Shown here: positions 41,282 to 49,773 of the stretch, in pieces
Layout of the letters: each line of letters opens with the position of its first letter
How positions within the stretch are numbered: position 1 is the first letter of the stretch
Source: Alphaproteobacteria bacterium
Lineage (GTDB): Bacteria; Pseudomonadota; Alphaproteobacteria; SMXQ01
Direction of reading: 5' to 3'
Assembly: GCA_964229575.1 (NCBI GenBank)
Contig: CAXRES010000173.1
Location: 1-52,253 of the forward strand
Length of the DNA: 52,253 nt
Position numbers and translations under genes: made by a program
The notes under the pieces: model-generated
The model's database searches: none
What the model was told of the DNA's origin: nothing
Seen by the model: only the letters and a program-made list of their open reading frames with translations

Positions 41282-42193
41282 TCAACCGTAGGTCGCCCGG
41301 GCCGCCTTCCAGGCCGCGTAGAGCCGGTCGACCGACTGAAGTACGCCCGCGTGGCGCGCGCGCCAGCCGAGCCGCCGGTGCGCCTTGGCGGACGAGCTGT
41401 AGGCGTTCTGGTCGAACCACATGCTGATGTTGTCGCCCTTCACGGGGGGCTCGTACTGGATGGGCTTGCCGCAGCCCGCCGCGTCGAGGCAGGCGCGCAT
41501 CAGATCGCGGCAGAGCGGCTTGTTGTCGTCCGTCACGTGAAAGATCTCGCCGTTGACCGCGCTCTCCTCGGCTTCCGCCGCCAGGCGGTAGGCCTCCGCC
41601 AGATCGGCGACATGGGTCCACGACCAGCCCTTGTCGCGATCGCCGCGGAAGATCGTGTTGCCCTCCTCGCCCTGCTGGAACCAGTCGGTCGAAATGCTGT
41701 TGAACCCGTCGGCGCCGAAGATGAAGCCCGGACGAAGCACGGTCGTGCTCACGTTCCTGAGCGCGAAGGCTTCATTTTCCAGCGTCCGGCGAAAGGAAAT
41801 GGGCTGGGCCGGATTGGGCTCGATCGTTTCATCGAGCAGCGGAACGTCGACCTTGCCGATGATCGACACGCCGGTCGTATACACGAGGCGCCGGCGGACC
41901 TTGCGCGGGCTCAGGCCTTCCAGCGCGGCGAAGAAGGCGCGGTCGGTCTCGAAATGCCGCTTCTTGTCGAGCATGGTGTGGACGATGGCGTCGCAGTCCT
42001 CCATCTCCCTGCGGTAGCTGTCGGGCTCGGCGACGTCGCCGTGGATCAGCCTGATCTCATGGCGGCGCAATTCTTCGAGGCGCGGCTGCTCGGGATGGCG
42101 GACGACGCCGGTCACCGCATGACCTAAGGCGGCAAGATGCAGGGCCGCATGGAAGCCCGCGTAGCCGGAAGCGCCGGTCAGGAATATCTTCAT
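41282..42193 (-). CDS. Atypical/extended SDR (NAD-dependent epimerase/dehydratase-fold) protein, paralog
   Basis: GGAGAGAG SD. MKIFLTGASGYAGFHAALHLAALGHAVTGVVR. 29 of the first 40 residues are identical to 38914..39834 (hand count). Confidence 0.85.
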   Translation of the reverse strand: MKIFLTGASGYAGFHAALHLAALGHAVTGVVRHPEQPRLEELRRHEIRLIHGDVAEPDSYRREMEDCDAIVHTMLDKKRHFETDRAFFAALEGLSPRKVRRRLVYTTGVSIIGKVDVPLLDETIEPNPAQPISFRRTLENEAFALRNVSTTVLRPGFIFGADGFNSISTDWFQQGEEGNTIFRGDRDKGWSWTHVADLAEAYRLAAEAEESAVNGEIFHVTDDNKPLCRDLMRACLDAAGCGKPIQYEPPVKGDNISMWFDQNAYSSSAKAHRRLGWRARHAGVLQSVDRLYAAWKAARATYG

Positions 42194-42214
42194 GTGCTCT
42201 CTCCGATGATGTTC

Positions 42215-43225
42215 TCAACGCAGCCGCGCGCCCGCGAGTTTCAAACGCGGCAGCAGGGCTTCGACATTGGTCCGCTCGATGCGCCGGCGCAGCCCCTCGT
42301 CCATGGCGATCGCCGACCACGCCCTGACCGCATTGGACGGGGTCAGGATCGGCGAATCGAAACCGAGCAAGACCTGCGAGGGCGGCGCGAAGGCGATGAG
42401 CGCGGCAAGCGCCGGCGCATCAAGCACGAGCGCCGTGTCGTAATGAAGCCTGGCCAGAAGTTCGCCGATGCGCTCGGGCGTCATGTCGCCGGTGCGGGGC
42501 GACAGCGTCCGGACCCTTCCGGCCAGATAGGGCACGGCGCCGCCGCCGTGGGCGAAGATGAAGCGGATATCGGGCAGGCGCGACAGCACCCCGGCGTTGA
42601 GCAGGCTGAACACCGTGCGCGTCGTATCGAACGGGCCTTCGAGGACGTGCGACTTAATGCCCTCCGGCCCGATGTCCTCCGGCAGCGATGCCGGATGGAC
42701 GAAGACGACGGCCTTGCGGCGATCGAGTTCTTCCATCACCGGCGCGAAGGCCGGATCGCCCAGCCAATGCCCGTCGTAGCTCGACAGGAGCGCGATGCCG
42801 TCGGCCTTCAGAACATCGAGCGCGTAGGCGATCTCGGCCAGGCTGCCGTCGACATCGGGCGGCGCGATCGTGGCGAAGAAGCCGAAGCGGGCCGGATGGT
42901 CGCGCGCCACGCCGGCGGCGAATTCGTTCCACAGCCGCGCGAGCTTGCGCGCGGGCCCCGCTTCGCCGAACCACACACCCGGGATCGGCACCGAGGCGAT
43001 GGTGACATCGACGCCGGCCGCGTCCATCTGCTCGATATCCGCCTCGGGCGTCCAGCTTGCCGCCCTCTGCCGGCCACGGCCCGGCGCCAGGCGGTCGCCG
43101 ATGGCGTCCATGTAGGCGACGGGCAGGAAATGGTGATGGACGTTGACGCGACCCGCGCCGCCGCCGCGCCCATCAGAAAAGGCGGCTCCGCCCCCCTGCC
43201 CCGTCCCGCTGTCCGCTGGCGTCAT
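42215..43225 (-). CDS. Amidohydrolase_2 (ACMSD / hydroxyaromatic-acid decarboxylase) family protein
   Basis: VNVHHHFLP metal motif after a Gly-rich N-terminus. ...VFVHPAS..., ...FIFAHGGGAVPYL.... 336 aa. Confidence 0.75.
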   Translation of the reverse strand: MTPADSGTGQGGGAAFSDGRGGGAGRVNVHHHFLPVAYMDAIGDRLAPGRGRQRAASWTPEADIEQMDAAGVDVTIASVPIPGVWFGEAGPARKLARLWNEFAAGVARDHPARFGFFATIAPPDVDGSLAEIAYALDVLKADGIALLSSYDGHWLGDPAFAPVMEELDRRKAVVFVHPASLPEDIGPEGIKSHVLEGPFDTTRTVFSLLNAGVLSRLPDIRFIFAHGGGAVPYLAGRVRTLSPRTGDMTPERIGELLARLHYDTALVLDAPALAALIAFAPPSQVLLGFDSPILTPSNAVRAWSAIAMDEGLRRRIERTNVEALLPRLKLAGARLR

Positions 43226-43260
43226 CGCGCTGGAGTTCCGTATCCCTGCCGCCGCCCGCC

Positions 43261-44406
43261 CTACTTCGCGGGAAGGACGACCTTCGGCCGGCCGTCGTCA
43301 TGGAAATACCTGTCCATCATCGGCGTGCCGCCGTTCCTGCGGCATTCCTCGACGAACATCCGGTGGATGCGCGGGTCCTGGTCTTCGTAGTCGATCTGGT
43401 CGCCGCCCTGCTTGACGCTGGTGGCGACCGCGATCTTGGCACCGTCCGTGGTGGTCCCGGTAGAGCGCCGCTTGCGCGCCGTCATCGGGTAGCGAATGCT
43501 GCCGACCGACGTCGCCAGATAGCGCGTCGGCCTCGATCCCGTATTGAAATGCTGGTGCCACTGGCCTTCGACAGGCGGAAAGACCATGCCGTGGCGCCAG
43601 TCCAGACGCTTGAAGTCCTGGGCGTCGTCCCACCAGAACAGCGAATAGCCGGTGCCCGAGACGATCATCACATGGGCGCCCGCCCCGTGACGGTGGGCCT
43701 TCTTGTAAGTGCCCGTCGGCATTTCCGAGATGTGCGCGTGCATGTTGCCGTCGGCCAGCATGAACAGGATGATCGACGATCCGGCGCCACGCTCGTCCCA
43801 TTTGGTCAGCTCGATCTTGTCCAGATCGGGCACGAAGTTGGTTTCCCACAGGTTGTTGCCCGGACGGATCAGCACGAGATCGCCGCCGCCGTCCCAGTGA
43901 TCGCTCCGCCCGAAGCGCTCGGCGAAATCGAAGGGCGTGTCGAAAATGAAGCGGTCGTTGCGGAAGATGTTCATGATCAGCGGCATGTCGGTCGAGGCGA
44001 CGATGAGCGCGCGCTTCTGGCCGCTGCCGTTGAAGTGCCGGTGCCTGGCATTGATCGGCACCGAGAACAGCGAGCGCGGCCCCCATTCGAAGCTGCGCTT
44101 TGTCCCGTCGGGCATCTCGACCTGCGTGGAGCCCGACCCTTCCAGCACGTAGATGATTTCTTCGTACAGGTGGCGCTGGGGCGTCATCGAGCCGCCCGGG
44201 GGAATGTCGAACAGGAACATGCTGGCGAAATCGCCGCGCCCGACGCAATGGCAGGCCGCCCCGTTCACTCCGAAACGCGGCCACGGCCTGGTTTCGACGT
44301 CGAAGAGGTAGATCGCCTCGTCGTTGACCACGGGGATGCCCTCGGCCTTGATCCAGTCGAGGTAGGGATCGATCCCGATCCGTTTCTTGTCCGCCGCTTC
44401 GTTCAT
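43261..44406 (-). CDS. Bicupin protein, paralog of 36443..37594
   Basis: Internal ATG at 44406 (MNEAADKKRIGIDPYLDWIKAEGIPVV). PQRHLYEEIIYVLEGSG in the N-barrel. AHRHGAGAHVMIVSGTG ... WHQHFN in the C-barrel. Confidence 0.75.
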   Translation of the reverse strand: MNEAADKKRIGIDPYLDWIKAEGIPVVNDEAIYLFDVETRPWPRFGVNGAACHCVGRGDFASMFLFDIPPGGSMTPQRHLYEEIIYVLEGSGSTQVEMPDGTKRSFEWGPRSLFSVPINARHRHFNGSGQKRALIVASTDMPLIMNIFRNDRFIFDTPFDFAERFGRSDHWDGGGDLVLIRPGNNLWETNFVPDLDKIELTKWDERGAGSSIILFMLADGNMHAHISEMPTGTYKKAHRHGAGAHVMIVSGTGYSLFWWDDAQDFKRLDWRHGMVFPPVEGQWHQHFNTGSRPTRYLATSVGSIRYPMTARKRRSTGTTTDGAKIAVATSVKQGGDQIDYEDQDPRIHRMFVEECRRNGGTPMMDRYFHDDGRPKVVLPAK

Positions 44407-44446
44407 GGAATTTTTCCCGTATCTCCGATCCGTCCCGATGATTCGC

Positions 44447-45634
44447 CTAGGACGTGCCGTACCGGCCGAGCAGCATTTCGCCGAAGCCCATCGCGGCGAC
44501 GTCCCATTGCACGCCGTGGTGCGACACGGCGCCGAGCAGGTTGCGGTACTGCCGCTCGATGCCGTTGCCCTGGTACAGCGCGCGGCCACCCGCGGCGTTG
44601 AACAGCCGCGTGCCCGCCTTGAGCGCGAGCTGGCAGGCATAGGCGACGTTGCGCCGCGACGTCATCAGGTCCATCTCCGACAGCTTGCCGCCCGCTTCCA
44701 GCACCGTCATGGCGCTGCGGATGGTGCCGAGGTAGAGCGCCTCGGCCGCGTCGATCTCGGCGCTGGCGCGCGCCGCCGTCATCCGGGTGCCCGGCTGATC
44801 GCCGACGGAAATGCCTCGCGACTTTCTCGGCGCCGTGTAGGCGAGCCACTCTTCGAGGACGCCCCTGGCCATGCCGACGGCAAGGGCCGCGAATCCGGTC
44901 GATGTGATGCCGCCGCGCGGCGTGCGGTAGACGGCCGCCCGGTTGATCGCCGTCCCCGGCCCCTGGCCCACCCGGGCGAGCGCGCCGTCCAATCGGCGGT
45001 ACTCGGGCACGAAGGCGTCCTTCACTTCGAAGCTCTTGGAGCCGGTCCCCTCCAGCCCCATCGTGTGCCAGTCGTCGATGATGGTGAAATCCGCGCGCGG
45101 CAGCAGGAAAAAATGCGGGCCGTCGAGGCTTTCGTCGTCCTTGACGATGTAGCCGCCGCAGATCGCCCACTGGGCATGATCGACGCCGGAAGAAAAGCCG
45201 TGACGCCCCGAGAAACGGAAGCCGCCATCCACGGGCCGCGCACGACCGACCGGATCGAAGGCCGCCGAAACATGCGCGAGGTGATTCTTTCCCCAGACGT
45301 CATCCTGGGCCCCGGCGGGGAAGGTCGCCACCATCTGGGCGTGGTCGGCCATGATGCGCGCGATCCAGGCCTGGGAGCCGTCGGCCGCGGCAAGAATCTG
45401 CGTCACCTCGCAGAGGATGTCCCAACCCATTTCGTAACCGCCGAAGCGCGCCGGCTGGGCCAGCCGGATGATTCCCGCTGCGTCGTAATCGGCCATCGTC
45501 GCGTCGGGCACGCGGCGCAGCTTGCGGGCCTCTTCCGCCCTTTCGCGCAGGCGCGGGGCGAGAGCCCGGGCACGGGCGAGGATTTCGCCCCGATCGGGCG
45601 CCGCGTTTCGTAATTCCGGACCGGATACGCTCAT
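44447..45634 (-). CDS. Acyl-CoA-dehydrogenase-fold flavin-dependent monooxygenase, oxygenase component (HsaA / HpaH-C2 / DszC-type)
   Basis: Internal ATG at 45634 (MSVSGPELRNAAPDRGEILARARALAPRLRERAEEARKLRRVPDATMADYDAAGIIRLAQPARFGGYE), the typical N-terminus of two-component ACAD-fold oxygenases. 395 aa. Confidence 0.75.
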   Translation of the reverse strand: MSVSGPELRNAAPDRGEILARARALAPRLRERAEEARKLRRVPDATMADYDAAGIIRLAQPARFGGYEMGWDILCEVTQILAAADGSQAWIARIMADHAQMVATFPAGAQDDVWGKNHLAHVSAAFDPVGRARPVDGGFRFSGRHGFSSGVDHAQWAICGGYIVKDDESLDGPHFFLLPRADFTIIDDWHTMGLEGTGSKSFEVKDAFVPEYRRLDGALARVGQGPGTAINRAAVYRTPRGGITSTGFAALAVGMARGVLEEWLAYTAPRKSRGISVGDQPGTRMTAARASAEIDAAEALYLGTIRSAMTVLEAGGKLSEMDLMTSRRNVAYACQLALKAGTRLFNAAGGRALYQGNGIERQYRNLLGAVSHHGVQWDVAAMGFGEMLLGRYGTS

Positions 45635-45832
45635 CCTCGATAACCCTTCCGCCGGCGATGTCCCGCCGGGAGGCTCGCACCGCAACGCTTCGGCGGCTAT
45701 CCTATAACTTCAAAATGGCTTCTGATATTCAAAAATTTGCTCCCGCCCGGGCAGGCATTGGCTAGAATGGCGGCAACGGCGCAGGGTGGCCGAGAGGCCG
45801 CCGCGAGAACGACATTCAGGGGAGAGCGCATC

Positions 45833-47128
45833 ATGGCCAACACTCGTATTCCGTCCGGTTTCCTCATCGCCGCCGTCGGCGCGGCGCTGGCGCTTGCCGC
45901 CCCCATTGCCGCCGCCAAAGCCGACGCTGTCGGCGATTTCTACAAGGGCAAACGCGTGACGCTGATCGTGCCGACCGCCGCGGGCGGCGGCTACGACCTT
46001 CCGGCCCGCGCGCTCGGCCGTCATTTCAGCCGGCATGTTCCGGGCAATCCCGGCATCGTCGTACAGAACATGCCCGGCGCCGGCGGCAAGCGCGCCGTCA
46101 ACTACGTCTACAACGTGGCGCCCAAGGACGGTTCCGTCGTTTCGGCCATCCACAGCTTCATTTCCTTCGACCCGCTGTTCGAAGGCGCCAAGAGCAAGGC
46201 GCAATTCGACGCGCGCAAGTTCAACTGGCTGGGCTCGATCGCCTCGACGACGTCCGTCGGCGTCGCCTGGCACGACGCGCCGGTCAAGTCCCACAAGGAT
46301 CTGTTCACCACCGACCTGACGGTGGGCGGCGTCGGCACCTCGACGCCGATGGTGACGCACCCCTATCTGTTCCGCGGTCTCCTCGGCATGCGCTTCAACG
46401 TCGTCGCCGGCTACCTTTCAGGCAGCGAGGTCGACCTCGCCATGGAACGCGGCGAAGTCCATGGGCGCATCGACTACACCTGGTTCGGCCTCAAGGCCGA
46501 CCATCCGGACTGGCTCAAGGACAAGAAGCTGATCATCCTGTTCCAGATGGGCCTGCGCAAGGCCCCGGACCTGCCGGATGTTCCGCTGGCGCTCGATTTC
46601 GCGCGCAACGACGACGAGCGACGCGTGCTCGAAACCGTTTTCCTCAATTATGAATTCGGCCGCCCCTTCATCACCACGCCGGGCGTGCCGGCGGACCGGC
46701 TGGCGGCTCTTCGCAAGGCGTTCATGGACACGATGAAGGATCCGGCCTTCGTCGCCGACGCGGCAAAGAGCCGGCTCGAGGTCGACCCGGTGGCGCCCGA
46801 ACGCCTCGCGCAACTGGTCGAGCGCGCCTATGCGCTGCCGCCCGCGCTGATCGCCCGGATCAACGAATTGCAGACGCCGCCCAGGCAGCTCACCAAGGTC
46901 AAGTTCAAGACGGTGCGCGCCACGCTCGGCGCTCCGGGCAAGAAAGGCCGCTTCGCCATGACGCTGACCGACGGCGGCAGGACGGAAACCGTCATCGTCG
47001 ACCGCGAGCGCACGAAGGTCACGATCGGCGGCAAGGAGGCCGAGGCGAAGGCGCTGAAAGCCGGCATGACCTGCGCCATCGCCTACCTCGGCGACAGGAC
47101 CACGGCGTCTTCCGTCTCCTGCGACTGA
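45833..47128 (+). CDS. Bug/TctC-family periplasmic binding protein with extra C-terminal domain
   Basis: Internal ATG at 45833 (MANTRIPSGFLIAAVGAALALAAPIAAAKA). Motifs VPTAAGGGYDLPARA, VQNMPGAGGKRA, VAGYLSGSEVDLAMERGEVH. Tail ends ...TKVTIGGKEAEAKALKAGMTCAIAYLGDRTTASSVSCD. Confidence 0.85.
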   Translation: MANTRIPSGFLIAAVGAALALAAPIAAAKADAVGDFYKGKRVTLIVPTAAGGGYDLPARALGRHFSRHVPGNPGIVVQNMPGAGGKRAVNYVYNVAPKDGSVVSAIHSFISFDPLFEGAKSKAQFDARKFNWLGSIASTTSVGVAWHDAPVKSHKDLFTTDLTVGGVGTSTPMVTHPYLFRGLLGMRFNVVAGYLSGSEVDLAMERGEVHGRIDYTWFGLKADHPDWLKDKKLIILFQMGLRKAPDLPDVPLALDFARNDDERRVLETVFLNYEFGRPFITTPGVPADRLAALRKAFMDTMKDPAFVADAAKSRLEVDPVAPERLAQLVERAYALPPALIARINELQTPPRQLTKVKFKTVRATLGAPGKKGRFAMTLTDGGRTETVIVDRERTKVTIGGKEAEAKALKAGMTCAIAYLGDRTTASSVSCD

Positions 47129-47150
47129 CGGGAAAAGGGCGCCGCGGCGC

Positions 47151-47981
47151 TTAGGCCGCGCCCGCGACTTCGACCCGCGGCATGCCGCGCCGGGTCATGC
47201 GGTCGTGCAGCCAGGTCATCAGCGCGTTGGCCGCGATCGACAGCACGAAGATGATCAGGATCACGGCATACATCTTCGGGATCCAGAAGCGCTCGTAGAA
47301 ATAGTTGGCGAGGAATCCCAGTCCCGCCTTGGACAGCTTGATCTCGGCGATCAGCGTGCCGATGATCGCGACGCCGAGCCCGAGCCGCAGGCCCGTGACC
47401 ACCGGCAGAACCAGCGACGGCAGGTAGACCTTCGTCACCATCTGCCAGGCCGACGCGTTGAAGGTGCGCCCGACCTTGATGTAGGTCGGGTTGATCAGGT
47501 GCATGCCGGCGACCGTCGACAGCACGACCGGAAAGAAGGCCGACAGCGCCGCCATCGCCACCTTGGACCCGGTGCCGATGCCGAACATCACCATCAGGAT
47601 GGGCAGGAAAACGACCTTGGGCGCCGGCGCGATGGCGAGGATATAGCCGTCCATGACGCGGCCGAGGAAGCGACGCGCGCCGAACAGGATGCCGAGCCCG
47701 ATGCCGGCAAGCGATCCGATGGCAAATCCCGCAAGCACTTCGTAGGTCGTCACGCCGAGGTGATGATAGAACTCCTTGTCGAGCAGCAGCGCCCAGGTTT
47801 CCGCCATCACCTTCAGCGACGACGGCACGATGTCGCGGTAGAACAGGCCCGAGCGCGCCAGCGCTTCCCACGCCGCCCAGATGCCGAGAAAGGTCGCGAC
47901 CTGGATGCGCGTTTCCGCGCTGACCCGTCCGAGCAACCCCGAACCCGGCTCCGCCCGGGCGCCTACACCGATCTCAGCCAT
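47151..47981 (-). CDS. ABC transporter permease (NitT/TauT family)
   Basis: Internal ATG at 47981 (MAEIGVGARAEPGSGLLGRVSAETRIQVATFLGIWAAWEAL...). Polytopic. It overlaps the upstream permease's stop by 19 nt. Confidence 0.85.
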   Translation of the reverse strand: MAEIGVGARAEPGSGLLGRVSAETRIQVATFLGIWAAWEALARSGLFYRDIVPSSLKVMAETWALLLDKEFYHHLGVTTYEVLAGFAIGSLAGIGLGILFGARRFLGRVMDGYILAIAPAPKVVFLPILMVMFGIGTGSKVAMAALSAFFPVVLSTVAGMHLINPTYIKVGRTFNASAWQMVTKVYLPSLVLPVVTGLRLGLGVAIIGTLIAEIKLSKAGLGFLANYFYERFWIPKMYAVILIIFVLSIAANALMTWLHDRMTRRGMPRVEVAGAA

Positions 47982-48712
47982 GTCTGGATCCTTTGCAGAA
48001 TACGGAAATAAACGAGGCTCAGGATGATGACGAAGGCGATCGCCGCGTACATGCCGGGAATGTTGTAGCGGTCGTACATCTCGCCGACCAGACCGCCGAG
48101 CCCGTCGAAATTGAGCAGGAATTCGAGCGCCACGATGGCGATCAGCGTGTAGATCATGCTGAGGCGGATGCCGGTGAAGATCACGGGAATGGCCGAGGGC
48201 AGCATGATCTTCCACAGGATCTGCCGAGGCGTCAGGTTGAAGCTCTTGCCGACATTGAGCAGGACGGGCGACACCGTCATCAGCCCTTCGCGGGTCTTGA
48301 GGATAATCGGCACCGTCGCCGTCAGCCAGCCCATCACCAGCAGCGTGCCGAGATTGCGCCCGAGCAGGACGAGGAACAGCGGGTAAAGCAGCAGCTTGGG
48401 CGAGGCGAAGAGCGCGCCCAACCAGCCTTCATACGCCCGCCCGAAGGTCTGGTAGCGCCACAGCGCCCAGCCCGCCGGCAGGCCCGTCGCTATGGCAAGC
48501 AGGATCGCCGAAAACGTCGTCGACAGCGTCGCCCATGCGGCCATCAACGGCTTTTCCCCGGCGAAAATTTCGATCGTCGCCTCCCATATCTCCGTCGGGG
48601 GGGCGAGGATGAACTTGTTCACCCAGCCCGCCGCGACGGAAAACTCGGCGAGCGCGATGAGGACGGCGAGGGAACCGAGCCCGGTCAACAGGACCTTGGT
48701 GCCGCTTTTCAT
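47963..48712 (-). CDS. ABC transporter permease (NitT/TauT family)
   Basis: 249 aa. MKSGTKVLLTGLGSLAVLIALAEF.... Polytopic BPD-type permease with a GAGGGGA SD. Confidence 0.88.
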   Translation of the reverse strand: MKSGTKVLLTGLGSLAVLIALAEFSVAAGWVNKFILAPPTEIWEATIEIFAGEKPLMAAWATLSTTFSAILLAIATGLPAGWALWRYQTFGRAYEGWLGALFASPKLLLYPLFLVLLGRNLGTLLVMGWLTATVPIILKTREGLMTVSPVLLNVGKSFNLTPRQILWKIMLPSAIPVIFTGIRLSMIYTLIAIVALEFLLNFDGLGGLVGEMYDRYNIPGMYAAIAFVIILSLVYFRILQRIQTWLRSV

Positions 48713-48734
48713 GGCCCGGTTCCCCTCGATTTCC

Positions 48735-49706
48735 TTACTTCACGTTCGGCTTGTAGACGACCTGGATCAGGTCATCGAGCTGCGCCTTGGTGAGCGGCTT
48801 CTTGATCCGCTTGGCCTCGATCGCCTCTTGCATAGTCTGGTCCATGCCGCCGACCGGCCAGAAGGAATGCGCCTTGAGCGGCGCGTACTTGGCCACCTGT
48901 TCGACCAGCTCTATCGGCAGCTTGCCGTACTTGACGTACTCTTCCATGCCCTTCTGCGTGTAGGCGTATTCATGGGCCTTCCACAGGGCGCGCATCAGGC
49001 GGAGCGCGACGTCGGGATTCTTTTTCATCCAGTTGGCGTTGGCCGCATGCACGCGGATGGTCTGCTCGCGCACGCTCGGCACCTCGTCGCCTTCGGCCAC
49101 CACGCGAATCTCGCCGGCCTTGAGCTTGTCGAGCCCCGTCGGCGGCGAGGTCCAGCCGATGTCGATCTGCCCCGACATGACCTGGGTCATGGTGGCGGTG
49201 ACCGAACCGGCGGAAACCAGCTTGGCCGGCGAGTTGTGATGCTTGAGCAGCGCCGCGGCGACGAGGTTCGTCGAGGAGCCCGGCCGCGAGAAGGCGACGG
49301 TGGTGTTGGGGCCCGCGTCCTTCAGGGTCTTGATCGGGCTCGCCGCCTTGACGTACCAGAACAGCCCGCCCGAGCCGGTCATCGAGGCGCCGATGACGCG
49401 GATCGGCGCGCCCTTCACATAGGCCGCGATCACGCCGAGCGTGCCGGTCTGCAGCGCGACGTCCGCCGCGCCCGAGATGATCGCCTGCTGGGCGTCGGAG
49501 CCGCCGGCCGTCCACACCACTTCCACGTCCAGATTCTCGGCCTTGAAGAAGCCCTGGGTCTGGCCCCAGACGGGCATGGCCGTCGACCAGTTGCCCTGCT
49601 GGCTGCCCGCGATGCGGACCTTGTCGGCGGCGAAAGACGTCGCCGCCAGCGATACGGAGGCCGCGAGCGCGGCGGCCGAAACGAGCACTTTTGCTGCGAA
49701 TTTCAT
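48735..49706 (-). CDS. ABC transporter substrate-binding protein (NMT1/THI5-like, NitT/TauT family)
   Basis: Internal ATG at 49706 with a GAAGGAGG SD. Signal peptide MKFAAKVLVSAAALAASVSLAATSFA. 323 aa. Confidence 0.85.
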   Translation of the reverse strand: MKFAAKVLVSAAALAASVSLAATSFAADKVRIAGSQQGNWSTAMPVWGQTQGFFKAENLDVEVVWTAGGSDAQQAIISGAADVALQTGTLGVIAAYVKGAPIRVIGASMTGSGGLFWYVKAASPIKTLKDAGPNTTVAFSRPGSSTNLVAAALLKHHNSPAKLVSAGSVTATMTQVMSGQIDIGWTSPPTGLDKLKAGEIRVVAEGDEVPSVREQTIRVHAANANWMKKNPDVALRLMRALWKAHEYAYTQKGMEEYVKYGKLPIELVEQVAKYAPLKAHSFWPVGGMDQTMQEAIEAKRIKKPLTKAQLDDLIQVVYKPNVK

Positions 49707-49773
49707 GTTGATGCCTCCTTCTGTGATTTTTTGCGTTTTATGTCCGGAACGACGAGGGCCGGGAGCGCCGCCC

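Noticed and set aside
47129-47150. 12-nt palindrome GCGCCGCGGCGC in the 22-bp convergent gap between the Bug gene and the ABC permease.
   Set aside because: It has no loop and no T-run, so it is too short to call a terminator.
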